This document shows, piece by piece, positions 1 through 8,534 of a DNA stretch of 32,000 nt. The position numbers and the translations under genes were made by a program. Location of the stretch: positions 150,001-182,000 of the forward strand of contig NZ_LT667503.1 in the NCBI RefSeq assembly GCF_900128735.1, read 5' to 3'. Position 1 is the first letter of the stretch. Every line of letters starts with the position of its first letter. The notes below the pieces were generated by a model, which was given only the letters and a program-made list of their open reading frames with translations, was not told the origin of the DNA and did not search any database. Origin of the DNA: Candidatus Saccharimonadota bacterium (lineage in GTDB: Bacteria; Pseudomonadota; Gammaproteobacteria; Enterobacterales; Enterobacteriaceae).

Positions 1-1283
1 TGTAATAAAAAATTTTTTAATTTTAAAAAATTTGGTTTCATATGATGAGAAAAGTTCGGTAAATTCGCTCTTTTTTCTAATGATTTAGGTAACTTTAATT
101 TTATATTTAATATTTTTTCTATCGTGTTTTGAAATTTAGTTGGATGTGCTGTACCTAAAAATAGTCCGAAATCTTGAGGGCTTAATTGTTTTTTTAGTAG
201 TTGATATGCGATAGCTGCGTGCGGTTCTGAGATATATCCAATATGATGTAATTTTTTTAATGTATGTATAGTTTCTTGATCGGATACACTACCATATCCA
301 AGGCTTTTTAAGTTCCATTTTTGTTTAGAAAATAGTTCTTCTACTCTAGGCCAGTTATTTGGTTGACTAATATCCATAGCATTAGAAATAGTAGACATAG
401 TTTTATAGGGCGCCCATATTCCATTTTTTAAATATCTTGGTATAGTGTCATTGGAATTAGTAGCTGCAATAAATGATTTTATAGGTAATCCAATAGCTTT
501 TGCTAATAATCCAGCAGTTAAATTACCAAAGTTTCCACAAGGAACAGAGATTACTATATTTTCTTGTTGATGATGTGGAATTAATGCAAAAGCTTCAAAA
601 TAATAGCATATTTGAGCTAATAGACGACTAATATTAATGGAATTAGCTGAATTTAAGCCGATTTTTTTACGCAATTTTTTATCGTTGAAAGCTTGTTTTA
701 CAAGACTTTGACAGTCATCAAAACTACCGTCAATAGCTATGGTATGAATATTTTTACCTAATGTACAAAATAATTTTTCTTGTAATCTGCTTATTTTTCC
801 TTTTGGAAATAAAATAACTACACGAATATTATTCATACAATAAAAAGCATGAGCAACGGCTGCGCCGGTATCTCCTGAAGTAGCAGTTAAGATAGTCATA
901 GAATCATCTTGATCATTCCAGTAAGATAACATATTAGCCATAAAACGCGCGCCAAAATCTTTAAAAGCTAAAGTTGGACCATGAAACAATTCTAAACATG
1001 CAATATTTTTTTCGACCATGTGTAGTATAGGTGGCGTAAAAGAAAATGCATTTTTTACTTGTATTTTTAAATTTTGTAATGAGATTTCATCTGAAATAAA
1101 GTGTGATAAAATATTTGCACTACGATTAATAAAATCCATTTGAGTTAGTTCTTGTAATTCTTGAGAATTAAATTTTGGTAATTTTTTAGGAAAAAATAAT
1201 CCTTGTTTTTTTCCTAAACCTAATTTAATTGCATATGCAAAATTAACTTCTTCATGATGATCTTTTAAGTTATATAATTTCAT
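1..1283 (-). CDS. thrC: threonine synthase (3' end reaches window edge; stop codon lies just outside)
   Basis: Absent from the ORF track because it has no in-window stop. Manual minus-strand translation from the ATG at 1283-1281 gives MKLYNLKDHHEEVNFAYAIKLGLGKKQGLFFP... It contains FHGPTLAFKDFG (PLP-lysine motif), TATSGDTGAAVAHAF, SANSINISRLLAQICYYFEA and SQPNNWPRVEEL. It is colinear with E. coli ThrC for about 427 codons. An AAGGG SD-like motif lies about 9 nt upstream, inside the thrB 3' end. Confidence 0.95.
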   Translation of the reverse strand, partial: MKLYNLKDHHEEVNFAYAIKLGLGKKQGLFFPKKLPKFNSQELQELTQMDFINRSANILSHFISDEISLQNLKIQVKNAFSFTPPILHMVEKNIACLELFHGPTLAFKDFGARFMANMLSYWNDQDDSMTILTATSGDTGAAVAHAFYCMNNIRVVILFPKGKISRLQEKLFCTLGKNIHTIAIDGSFDDCQSLVKQAFNDKKLRKKIGLNSANSINISRLLAQICYYFEAFALIPHHQQENIVISVPCGNFGNLTAGLLAKAIGLPIKSFIAATNSNDTIPRYLKNGIWAPYKTMSTISNAMDISQPNNWPRVEELFSKQKWNLKSLGYGSVSDQETIHTLKKLHHIGYISEPHAAIAYQLLKKQLSPQDFGLFLGTAHPTKFQNTIEKILNIKLKLPKSLEKRANLPNFSHHMKPNFLKLKNFLL

Positions 1284-2214
1284 TTTTAGCTACCCTTATC
1301 TTTCTTGCACCATTAGGGTCAATATTACAAATATGAACAAAACCTTTTTCTTTATATTCTTTCATGAACCATTCTTTTACTTTTTCAGCAATGTTCATTG
1401 AATTGCAAATAGAAAAGATTGTTGGTCCTGATCCAGAAATATGACATGTGAGAGCACCTAATTGAATGATTTTCTCTTTTATTTTAAAAAAATTAGGTAT
1501 TAATGGAATACGATATGGTTCAGCAATAATATCATTCATAACACGAATAGCAAGATCTGGTTGGTTAGTATATAAGGAGTGGATAAAGGTTGATAAATTT
1601 CGACTATTTTTAATACATTTTTTTTTTGTGTATTTTTTTGGTAGAATTTTTCTTGAATCCAATGTATTTAGTTTTAGACCGGGCCATGCTATTACCCATA
1701 ACCATTTGTTAAAGATTGGTAATGATTGTGTAAATTTTAATTGATCTTCTGTAATTAATTGTAGACCACCGAGATAACAAGGTGCGACATTATCATAATG
1801 TATTGTCCCTGAAATATTTTCTTCTAATTTTCCCATTAATTTTAATAGTTTTTGGGGTTTAAGTTTTGTTTTGTAAAATTCGTTTAATGCTAAGATCATA
1901 GATACAATAGAGGAAGCACTGGATCCTAAACCAGATCCAATCGGCATATTTTTTTCTAATATAACACTAATGGGTTTATTTTTATTTGTTTTTTTTTCAA
2001 ATAATTTTATCGCTTTCCAGGTAATGTTTTCTGAAATATTCTTTGGTAATTGATTGGAAAATTTTCCAATATGTTTTATTTTTAATTTTTTAGATTTTTT
2101 TATTGATACAACATCCCCTAATAATGTTTTGTCTACTGGTTTTATGGCAGCTCCTAGAATGTCGAATCCTACACCAACATTTCCAATAGATGCAGGAGCA
2201 TGAAATTTTATCAT
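1270..2214 (-). CDS. thrB: homoserine kinase
   Basis: 314-aa ORF. The N-terminus MIKFHAPASIGNVGVGFDILGAA matches E. coli ThrB ([23 protein letters not shown]). GHMP-kinase motif PIGSGLGSSASS is present. It sits between thrA and thrC as in the thr operon. Its 3' end overlaps the thrC start by 14 nt (1270-1283). Confidence 0.96.
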   Translation of the reverse strand: MIKFHAPASIGNVGVGFDILGAAIKPVDKTLLGDVVSIKKSKKLKIKHIGKFSNQLPKNISENITWKAIKLFEKKTNKNKPISVILEKNMPIGSGLGSSASSIVSMILALNEFYKTKLKPQKLLKLMGKLEENISGTIHYDNVAPCYLGGLQLITEDQLKFTQSLPIFNKWLWVIAWPGLKLNTLDSRKILPKKYTKKKCIKNSRNLSTFIHSLYTNQPDLAIRVMNDIIAEPYRIPLIPNFFKIKEKIIQLGALTCHISGSGPTIFSICNSMNIAEKVKEWFMKEYKEKGFVHICNIDPNGARKIRVAKNEII

Positions 2215-2233
2215 TTTTTTAAAACTCCAAAAG

Positions 2234-4693
2234 TTATGATATAGTACGTAATAAATCTGAAAAAATACCAGAAGCTGTTACGCTTTTTCCTGCTCCATAA
2301 CCGCGTAAGATTAAAGGCATGGGATTATAATTTTTTGTATAAAATATTAATATATTTTCTCCATTTTTAATATCATATAACGGATTGTTTTTGCTTACTG
2401 CTACAATTTTAACGCTGCATTTTCCGTTATTTTTTATTGTCCCGATACACCGTAAAACTTTTTTTTCTTCTTTTGCTTTTTTAAAACGTAAATTAAAATT
2501 GAGATCTAATTTTTTTAATTTAGACATCACTTTTTGGGTGTCTTTAAGATGTTTAACATCATCGGTTAATATTTTTTCTATTTTAATATCTGACAACTCT
2601 AATTTATAACCTGCTTCGCGAGCTAGAATTAATAGTTTTCTAGCGATATCCATTCCAGATAAGTCATCTCTTGGGTCAGGTTCTGTAAATCCTAAATTTT
2701 TAGCTTCTTTGGTGGCTTCTGATAAGCTTATACCTTGATCTAATTTTCCAAAAATAAAAGACATAGATCCTGATAAAATTCCTTGAAAACTAATTAATTT
2801 GTCTCCTGTATGTAAAATATTTTTTAAGTTTTGAATAACAGGTAGTCCTGCTCCTACATGAGTTTCATAAAAAAAATTTTTATTATATTTATTAGCATTA
2901 AATCGAATTTTTTCATATTTTAACATGGATGATGTATTGGATTTTTTATTAGCTGTTACAATATGAAAGCCTTTTTTAATTATTTTAGTATATTGATCAG
3001 CAATATTTTGACTAGCAGTACAATCAATTAAAACTGGATTAACTAAATATTTTTTTTTAGGTAATTTTAATATGCTGTTAAGACAGAATTTTGTTTTTGA
3101 TTCTTGAAAATGTAGCTTCCAATTTTCAATATTAGTATTTTTTTGATGAATTAAATATTTTTTAGAATTAGCGGATACAGCTATTTTTATTTTAATTCCT
3201 AGACTCTTTAGTTTTCTTTTCTGTTTAAAGATTTTATGTATTAAATTTTTTCCTACACCTCCAATACCTAGTAAAATGACATTTATTATTTTTATATTTT
3301 GAATAATTTTTTCATGTAGGGATTGTATTATTTTTACAATATATTTATCGTATAGGATTAATGATATAGACAAACTTGAAGAATCATAAAAAGTAGATAT
3401 AGCTTGGTTTTCGTTATTTTTTAAAATATAAAAAATTTTTTCTAAAATAGCTGCGCTTTTATTTTTAAGTATTTCACCTACAATTGTAATTAAACATAAA
3501 TTTTTTATTATTTTAATGGGTTTTAAAAGATGATTTTTAAATTCTAGAAAAAAAGTTTCTTCTAATTTGATTAGCGATTTTTTAATATTACATTGTGATA
3601 TACATATATATACTTTGTTTTTTGAAGAAGATTGCATAGAAAACAAAACATTAATTTTATGTATTGACAGACATGAAAGAATACGAGAATAATAACTTAA
3701 ATTATTATTATTATTTAAAATAAAGAAAGTTAATATTGCTAGTTTATTAATTGATGTGATACCTTTTATTTTATTTTTTTCTTTATCTGCTATATGATGA
3801 GTAATTAATGTTCCTTTGTTTTGAGGGTTAAATGTATTTTTAATAATACAAGGTATTTTATCATATTTTAATGGTGATAATGTACGAGGATGAATTACTT
3901 TAGCTCCAAAAAATGCTAATTCTATAGCTTCTTCATATGATATTTTTTTTAATAATTGAGTATCTAAGATATTTTTAGGGTCGCTAGTATAAATACCATC
4001 TACATCAGTCCAAATTTCACAAATTTTTGCGTTTATACAAACAGCTAATATGGCAGCAGAATAATCAGATCCATTTCTTCCGAGAACTACTAATTCTTTT
4101 TTTTTATTTCCAGCTATAAAACCTGGCATGAGAATAATATTCTTACTAGGAATATTAATTTTTTTCATTCTTTTTTTTGATTTAAATAAATCAATAGTAG
4201 AATTTAAATAACTATTGTTTTCAGACAAGAAAATTTTTCTTGGATTTAAAATCGTTACGTCATATTTTTTTGCTATTAGTAATTCTTGCATTATAGCAAT
4301 AGAAAATTTTTCTCCAATACACATAATAGTTGCTTGGATGTTGTCGGGGCATTGTTTTATAATATAGATACTTTTTAGTATATCTTTTAAAAAGTTACAT
4401 TTTTTTTTAATGAATGCTATTATATTTTTTTTTTGAAAATTTAGCTGTAGTTGGTATAAGTTATCAAGTAGATTTAAAAAAATATTTTTTATTTTTTTAA
4501 TATTTTTTTTTTGATTTTTTTTTTGTTGGATACTTTCTTTAATGGCTAAAATTAAATAATTTGTTATTTTAGCTGGTGCGGATAGTACCACTGATACTCG
4601 TGTTTTTTTAGATGTTTCTATTATAATGGAAGACACTTGTAAAAATTTCTCTGCATTTTCAAGTGATGTTCCTCCAAATTTTAAAGTTTTCAT
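2234..4693 (-). CDS. thrA: bifunctional aspartokinase I / homoserine dehydrogenase I
   Basis: 819-aa ORF colinear with E. coli ThrA. Matching segments include MKTLKFGGTS, VLSAPAKITN, LGRNGSDYSAA, EIWTDVDGIYTSDP, FGAKVIHPRT, GIGGVGK, VGAGLPVI, TEPDPRDDLSGMDIARKLLILARE and RGYGAG. The central ACT regulatory region is strongly degenerate (see findings). Confidence 0.97.
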   Translation of the reverse strand: MKTLKFGGTSLENAEKFLQVSSIIIETSKKTRVSVVLSAPAKITNYLILAIKESIQQKKNQKKNIKKIKNIFLNLLDNLYQLQLNFQKKNIIAFIKKKCNFLKDILKSIYIIKQCPDNIQATIMCIGEKFSIAIMQELLIAKKYDVTILNPRKIFLSENNSYLNSTIDLFKSKKRMKKINIPSKNIILMPGFIAGNKKKELVVLGRNGSDYSAAILAVCINAKICEIWTDVDGIYTSDPKNILDTQLLKKISYEEAIELAFFGAKVIHPRTLSPLKYDKIPCIIKNTFNPQNKGTLITHHIADKEKNKIKGITSINKLAILTFFILNNNNNLSYYSRILSCLSIHKINVLFSMQSSSKNKVYICISQCNIKKSLIKLEETFFLEFKNHLLKPIKIIKNLCLITIVGEILKNKSAAILEKIFYILKNNENQAISTFYDSSSLSISLILYDKYIVKIIQSLHEKIIQNIKIINVILLGIGGVGKNLIHKIFKQKRKLKSLGIKIKIAVSANSKKYLIHQKNTNIENWKLHFQESKTKFCLNSILKLPKKKYLVNPVLIDCTASQNIADQYTKIIKKGFHIVTANKKSNTSSMLKYEKIRFNANKYNKNFFYETHVGAGLPVIQNLKNILHTGDKLISFQGILSGSMSFIFGKLDQGISLSEATKEAKNLGFTEPDPRDDLSGMDIARKLLILAREAGYKLELSDIKIEKILTDDVKHLKDTQKVMSKLKKLDLNFNLRFKKAKEEKKVLRCIGTIKNNGKCSVKIVAVSKNNPLYDIKNGENILIFYTKNYNPMPLILRGYGAGKSVTASGIFSDLLRTIS

Positions 4694-5269
4694 ATTTTTT
4701 TTTTATTTCTCTTTTAGAGTCGATATTGATATTTAATTCTTTAAGAAATTATAATTTCTTTCATTCTAATAATTTACGAATATTAACGATATAATTAATT
4801 TTGATTATATATTTAAAATTTTATAATAAAAAATTTTTTTGATTTAGTTTATTTTGATTAATATCTCTTTTTTAAGAAATAAAAATAAGACTAAAATTTA
4901 TTTTTTATCTTTATAAAACGGGTAAATTGTAGCATATTTTCTAAATTTTTTCTTTTTTTTAGAGATATTTATTAGTAATAATAAATCATAAAAGCTATTC
5001 ATTAAAATAAATTTTTTAATAATATTTATTTATATTTTATAAATTTTTTAATAATTTAATCGAGTTAATTTTTTTTAAAATTTTTATTTTTCTGATTCCA
5101 GAATGATTAATAATTTAATTTATATTTATGGTATTCTCTTATTTTTTATAAAAATTAGATTTTTTTTTAAAAAAATTCTTATGAAAATTAATTAAAAAAA
5201 ATGTGATTTTTTAAATCATTTGATTTTTTTCTCTTGATACAGATATATGATTTTTTATATTTTTTCTTT

Positions 5270-6448
5270 TTAATTGCAATAATATTTATTATACCAAAAT
5301 TGAACAATTTTTTTAGATTCAGTGATTCGTTCAATACTAACACGTAAAGAAAATAACTCTAATGCTTGTAAAAAATTGATATTTTTTATAATTCCATTCA
5401 TATTACAGTGATATTGTTTTTCAATTTCTTTTTGTAAGCCCCATATTTTAGAAATTTTTAGTAAAATATTTTTAGGAATTCCGATAGATATAGCAGATGT
5501 TTTAAGGATTTTTCGTACTGATATAGAATATGCATTAGAATAATCTAAATTTTTATTCTTAATTAATTTATTAATTTTTTCTATTAAAGGGTACCATAAT
5601 ATAGCGGAAAATAAAAAAGATGCATGACATATTCTTTTGTTTTTTATATTTTTATCAGTTTTTTGTAATGCTCTGATTATTATATATTTGAATAGAATCA
5701 TATTTTTTTTGTTTAAAATTTTAAACAAATATGGTAATAATGGTTTTAGTAAGGAATATTTTTTTAATTTTCTATACGTTATATAACCATGTCCACAACA
5801 AAACAATTTTATTGCTTCATTAAATAAACGTGCAGATGGCACATAATGTAGTAAATTAGCTAATTTCGATATAGGGTCAGAAGTTTTTTTAGCAATTTTC
5901 ATATTTAATTGTACGGAAAAACGAATAACTCGTAACATACGTACAGGATCTTCTCGATATCTTGTTTCTGCATCACCGATTAAGCAGATAATTTTTCTTT
6001 TAATATCATTTACACCCCCTACATAGTCTCGTATTCCAAAATCTTTTATATTATAATATAATGCGTTAATTGTTAGATCTCTTCTATATGCATCTTCCTC
6101 AATTTTTCCGAATGTATTATCTCTTAATAACATACCGTCTATTATTTTTTTTTGTTTTGTACGAAAAGTAGATACTTCTATAATTTCGGTGCGAAATATT
6201 AAATGAGCAATAATAAAGCGACGCCCAATTAATCGACAATTTTTAAAAAATTTTTTAATGTCTTCAGGAGTAGCATTAGTAGCAATATCAAAGTCTTTTG
6301 GATTTTTTCCTAAAATTAAATCTCTTACGCTTCCGCCGACTAGATATGCTTCATAACCTAATTTATTTAACCTATATATTACTTTCATAGAATTTTTACT
6401 AATTTTTTTATGGGAGATATTATGGTTTTTTTTTATAATTAGTGTCAT
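5270..6448 (-). CDS. pcnB: poly(A) polymerase I (shortened C-terminus relative to E. coli)
   Basis: 392-aa ORF. ISHKKISKNSMKVIYRLNKLGYEAYLVGGSVRDLILGKNPKDFDIATNATPEDIKKFFKNCRLIGRRF closely matches E. coli PcnB ([68 protein letters not shown]), not the CCA-adding enzyme. RYREDPVRMLRVIRF is also present. It lies next to dksA, as in E. coli pcnB-gluQ-dksA. Confidence 0.92.
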   Translation of the reverse strand: MTLIIKKNHNISHKKISKNSMKVIYRLNKLGYEAYLVGGSVRDLILGKNPKDFDIATNATPEDIKKFFKNCRLIGRRFIIAHLIFRTEIIEVSTFRTKQKKIIDGMLLRDNTFGKIEEDAYRRDLTINALYYNIKDFGIRDYVGGVNDIKRKIICLIGDAETRYREDPVRMLRVIRFSVQLNMKIAKKTSDPISKLANLLHYVPSARLFNEAIKLFCCGHGYITYRKLKKYSLLKPLLPYLFKILNKKNMILFKYIIIRALQKTDKNIKNKRICHASFLFSAILWYPLIEKINKLIKNKNLDYSNAYSISVRKILKTSAISIGIPKNILLKISKIWGLQKEIEKQYHCNMNGIIKNINFLQALELFSLRVSIERITESKKIVQFWYNKYYCN

Positions 6449-6476
6449 ATTTTAAATATCTGTTCTATGATTATAA

Positions 6477-6511
6477 AGTCTTATTTTTAATTTTTTATAT
6501 AAAATAAGACT
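6477..6511 (-). terminator. 11-bp perfect inverted repeat (AGTCTTATTTT / AAAATAAGACT, 13-nt loop) between dksA stop and pcnB start; possible weak intrinsic terminator
   Basis: Read directly: arms at 6477-6487 and 6501-6511. On the minus strand the stem is followed by TTTATAAT. It lies 157 nt downstream of the dksA stop and about 29 nt upstream of the pcnB ATG. The stem is A/T-rich with only 2 G/C pairs, so it could be chance at this composition. Confidence 0.25.
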
Positions 6512-6667
6512 ATTGGAAGATTATGATCATATTTTTATATTGTTTGTAATAAATATGATATAACATGTATACTACTTATTTTTTTCAATTATTCGATTTT
6601 TAAATTTTTTTTATTAGATGATAAGTATAATAATATTGATATAAATGATATTTTTGTAAGATATGTA

Positions 6668-7135
6668 TTATCTGGATATTTGTTTTTTTCTTAATTCAGC
6701 TAATGTTTTACAATCTATACATAAATATGCTGTTGGACGTGCTTCAAGTCTACGAATACCGATTTCTATTTCACATATTCCGCAATATCCAAATGTATTA
6801 CTTTCTACTCTTTTTAATGTTTCATTAATTTTTTTTATTATTTTATAGTCACGATCTCTTTTTCTTAGCTCTAAGTTAAAATTTTCTTCTTGTGCGGCTC
6901 TATCAATAGGATCAGGTAGATTAATATGCTTATCTTTCATGATAAATATATTTTTTTGAATAACTTTAGTGACTTCTTTCTTCCAAGTTTCAAGAATCTT
7001 TTTAAAATGTTTAATTTGCATTTCGTTCATATATTCTTCGTCTTTTCGTAAGAAATACGGTTTTAAGCCAGCAATTGATAAAATATTTAATGATGATTTT
7101 TGGAATTTTTTTTTTGTTTTCATTAGTTTTCTCAT
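6668..7135 (-). CDS. dksA: RNA polymerase-binding transcription factor DksA
   Basis: 155-aa ORF. The coiled-coil tip PDPIDRAAQEEN matches E. coli PDPVDRAAQEEE. The four-Cys zinc finger FGYCGICEIEIGIRRLEARPTAYLCIDCK is present. An alternative in-frame ATG at 7123 would fit the E. coli N-terminal length slightly better. Confidence 0.95.
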   Translation of the reverse strand: MRKLMKTKKKFQKSSLNILSIAGLKPYFLRKDEEYMNEMQIKHFKKILETWKKEVTKVIQKNIFIMKDKHINLPDPIDRAAQEENFNLELRKRDRDYKIIKKINETLKRVESNTFGYCGICEIEIGIRRLEARPTAYLCIDCKTLAELRKKQISR

Positions 7136-7459
7136 AATTTTATTGTAAAATTAACGATTAAAAAATTGTTTTTTAAATAATATTATATTAATATTTAATA
7201 AGAAATAAACAATATCAATATTGGTTTATATGATTATATTTTTAAATAATTTTTTTGGATATTTATGTGCTATATGCATTTTTATTAATTTTAATATTTT
7301 TATTCCTTTGGTAAAAATAGAAAATATTACTTAAGAATTTATTATTAATAGAGATATTATTATAAATAATAATGAAAATATAGTTTTTCTAAAAAATAAA
7401 TATTCTTTGCAAAAGAATATATGTTATACGTTTAATATAATTTAATTAATGAGAAAATC

Positions 7460-8251
7460 ATGAAATGGGTTTGTGGTATAGAATATGATGGAACAAAATA
7501 TTTTGGATGGCAAAAACAAAAATTAGTATGTACAATACAAGCGTGTATAGAAAAAGTATTATCAACCATTGCAAATCATAATATTTCTTTAATATGTGCT
7601 GGTCGTACCGATCGAGGCGTTCATGGTATTACGCAAATTGTTCATTTTTTAACGACTTCTATCCGTAGCAATAAAGAATGGTTAGTGGGGGCAAATTCTT
7701 TATTACCTAAAGATATTACAATTCTATGGTTACAGAGAGTTTCTGAATCTTTTAATGCTAGATTTTCAGCATTATCTAGATCTTATCGTTATATTATTTT
7801 TAATAATTCTATTAGATCTAGTTTTTTAGAAAAGTATAGTTATCATTTACGAGATATTTTAAATATTGAAAAAATGAAAATAGCTAGTCAATATTTATTG
7901 GGTCGACATGATTTCAGTGCTTTTCGTAGTAGTGGTTGTCAATCTTTATCTCCTTATCGTACTATTTATTTGGTACATATATTTCAATTGAAAAAATTTG
8001 TAGTTATTGACGTAGTCGCAAACTCTTTTTTATATCATATGGTTCGTAATATTGTTGGATGTTTAATATTAATCGGTTTATCAGTACATAATAGTAAATG
8101 GATAAAAAAAATATTAGATAATAAAGAGAGTATAAAAAAATATAGTACGGCTCCATCCCGCGGTTTATATTTTTTATCAGCATCATATCCAACGCATTTT
8201 TTAATACCTACTAAATTTTATTTATCTAATTTTTTTAGTTTTTTTTCTTAA
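7460..8251 (+). CDS. truA: tRNA pseudouridine(38-40) synthase
   Basis: 263-aa ORF. GIEYDGTKYFGWQKQ, the catalytic-Asp motif CAGRTDRGVHG, RSYRYII and FLYHMVRNIVG are colinear with E. coli TruA. Confidence 0.94.
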   Translation: MKWVCGIEYDGTKYFGWQKQKLVCTIQACIEKVLSTIANHNISLICAGRTDRGVHGITQIVHFLTTSIRSNKEWLVGANSLLPKDITILWLQRVSESFNARFSALSRSYRYIIFNNSIRSSFLEKYSYHLRDILNIEKMKIASQYLLGRHDFSAFRSSGCQSLSPYRTIYLVHIFQLKKFVVIDVVANSFLYHMVRNIVGCLILIGLSVHNSKWIKKILDNKESIKKYSTAPSRGLYFLSASYPTHFLIPTKFYLSNFFSFFS

Positions 8252-8534
8252 TTTTAAATTTTTTAGGAAAAAAATTTCTAGTAAATTATATTATATATTA
8301 TTTTTTATAATAATGTAACACCTTAAATTTTGAATTCTTTTATAATATATAGAAAAATCAATTTCTTTTTTTTTATTTTTTTTTAGATAATCTTTCTTAA
8401 AGATATAGATCTTTTTTATAAAAAAAAATATTATACATTTTTATACTTTTTTTATTCTTATTTATTTTTTATACGAATATTATTTTATTTTCTGTTTTAA
8501 TTTTTATTAAATTTAATTCAAATGAGATTTTAAT

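Noticed and set aside
1569-1577. AGTGGATAA, an 8/9 match to the DnaA box TGTGGATAA (complement of the TTATCCACA consensus).
   Set aside because: It is a single imperfect copy inside the thrB coding region, with no cluster of boxes and no A/T-rich unwinding element context. It is not an origin signal.
4741-4764. A mini-ORF, ATG AAA GAA ATT ATA ATT TCT TAA (MKEIIIS), about 50 nt upstream of thrA on the minus strand, with three consecutive Ile codons. It was considered as a thrL-like attenuator leader.
   Set aside because: It has no Thr codons and no convincing terminator or antiterminator hairpins between it and thrA. Ile codons (ATT/ATA) are expected by chance at this composition. I cannot support attenuation.
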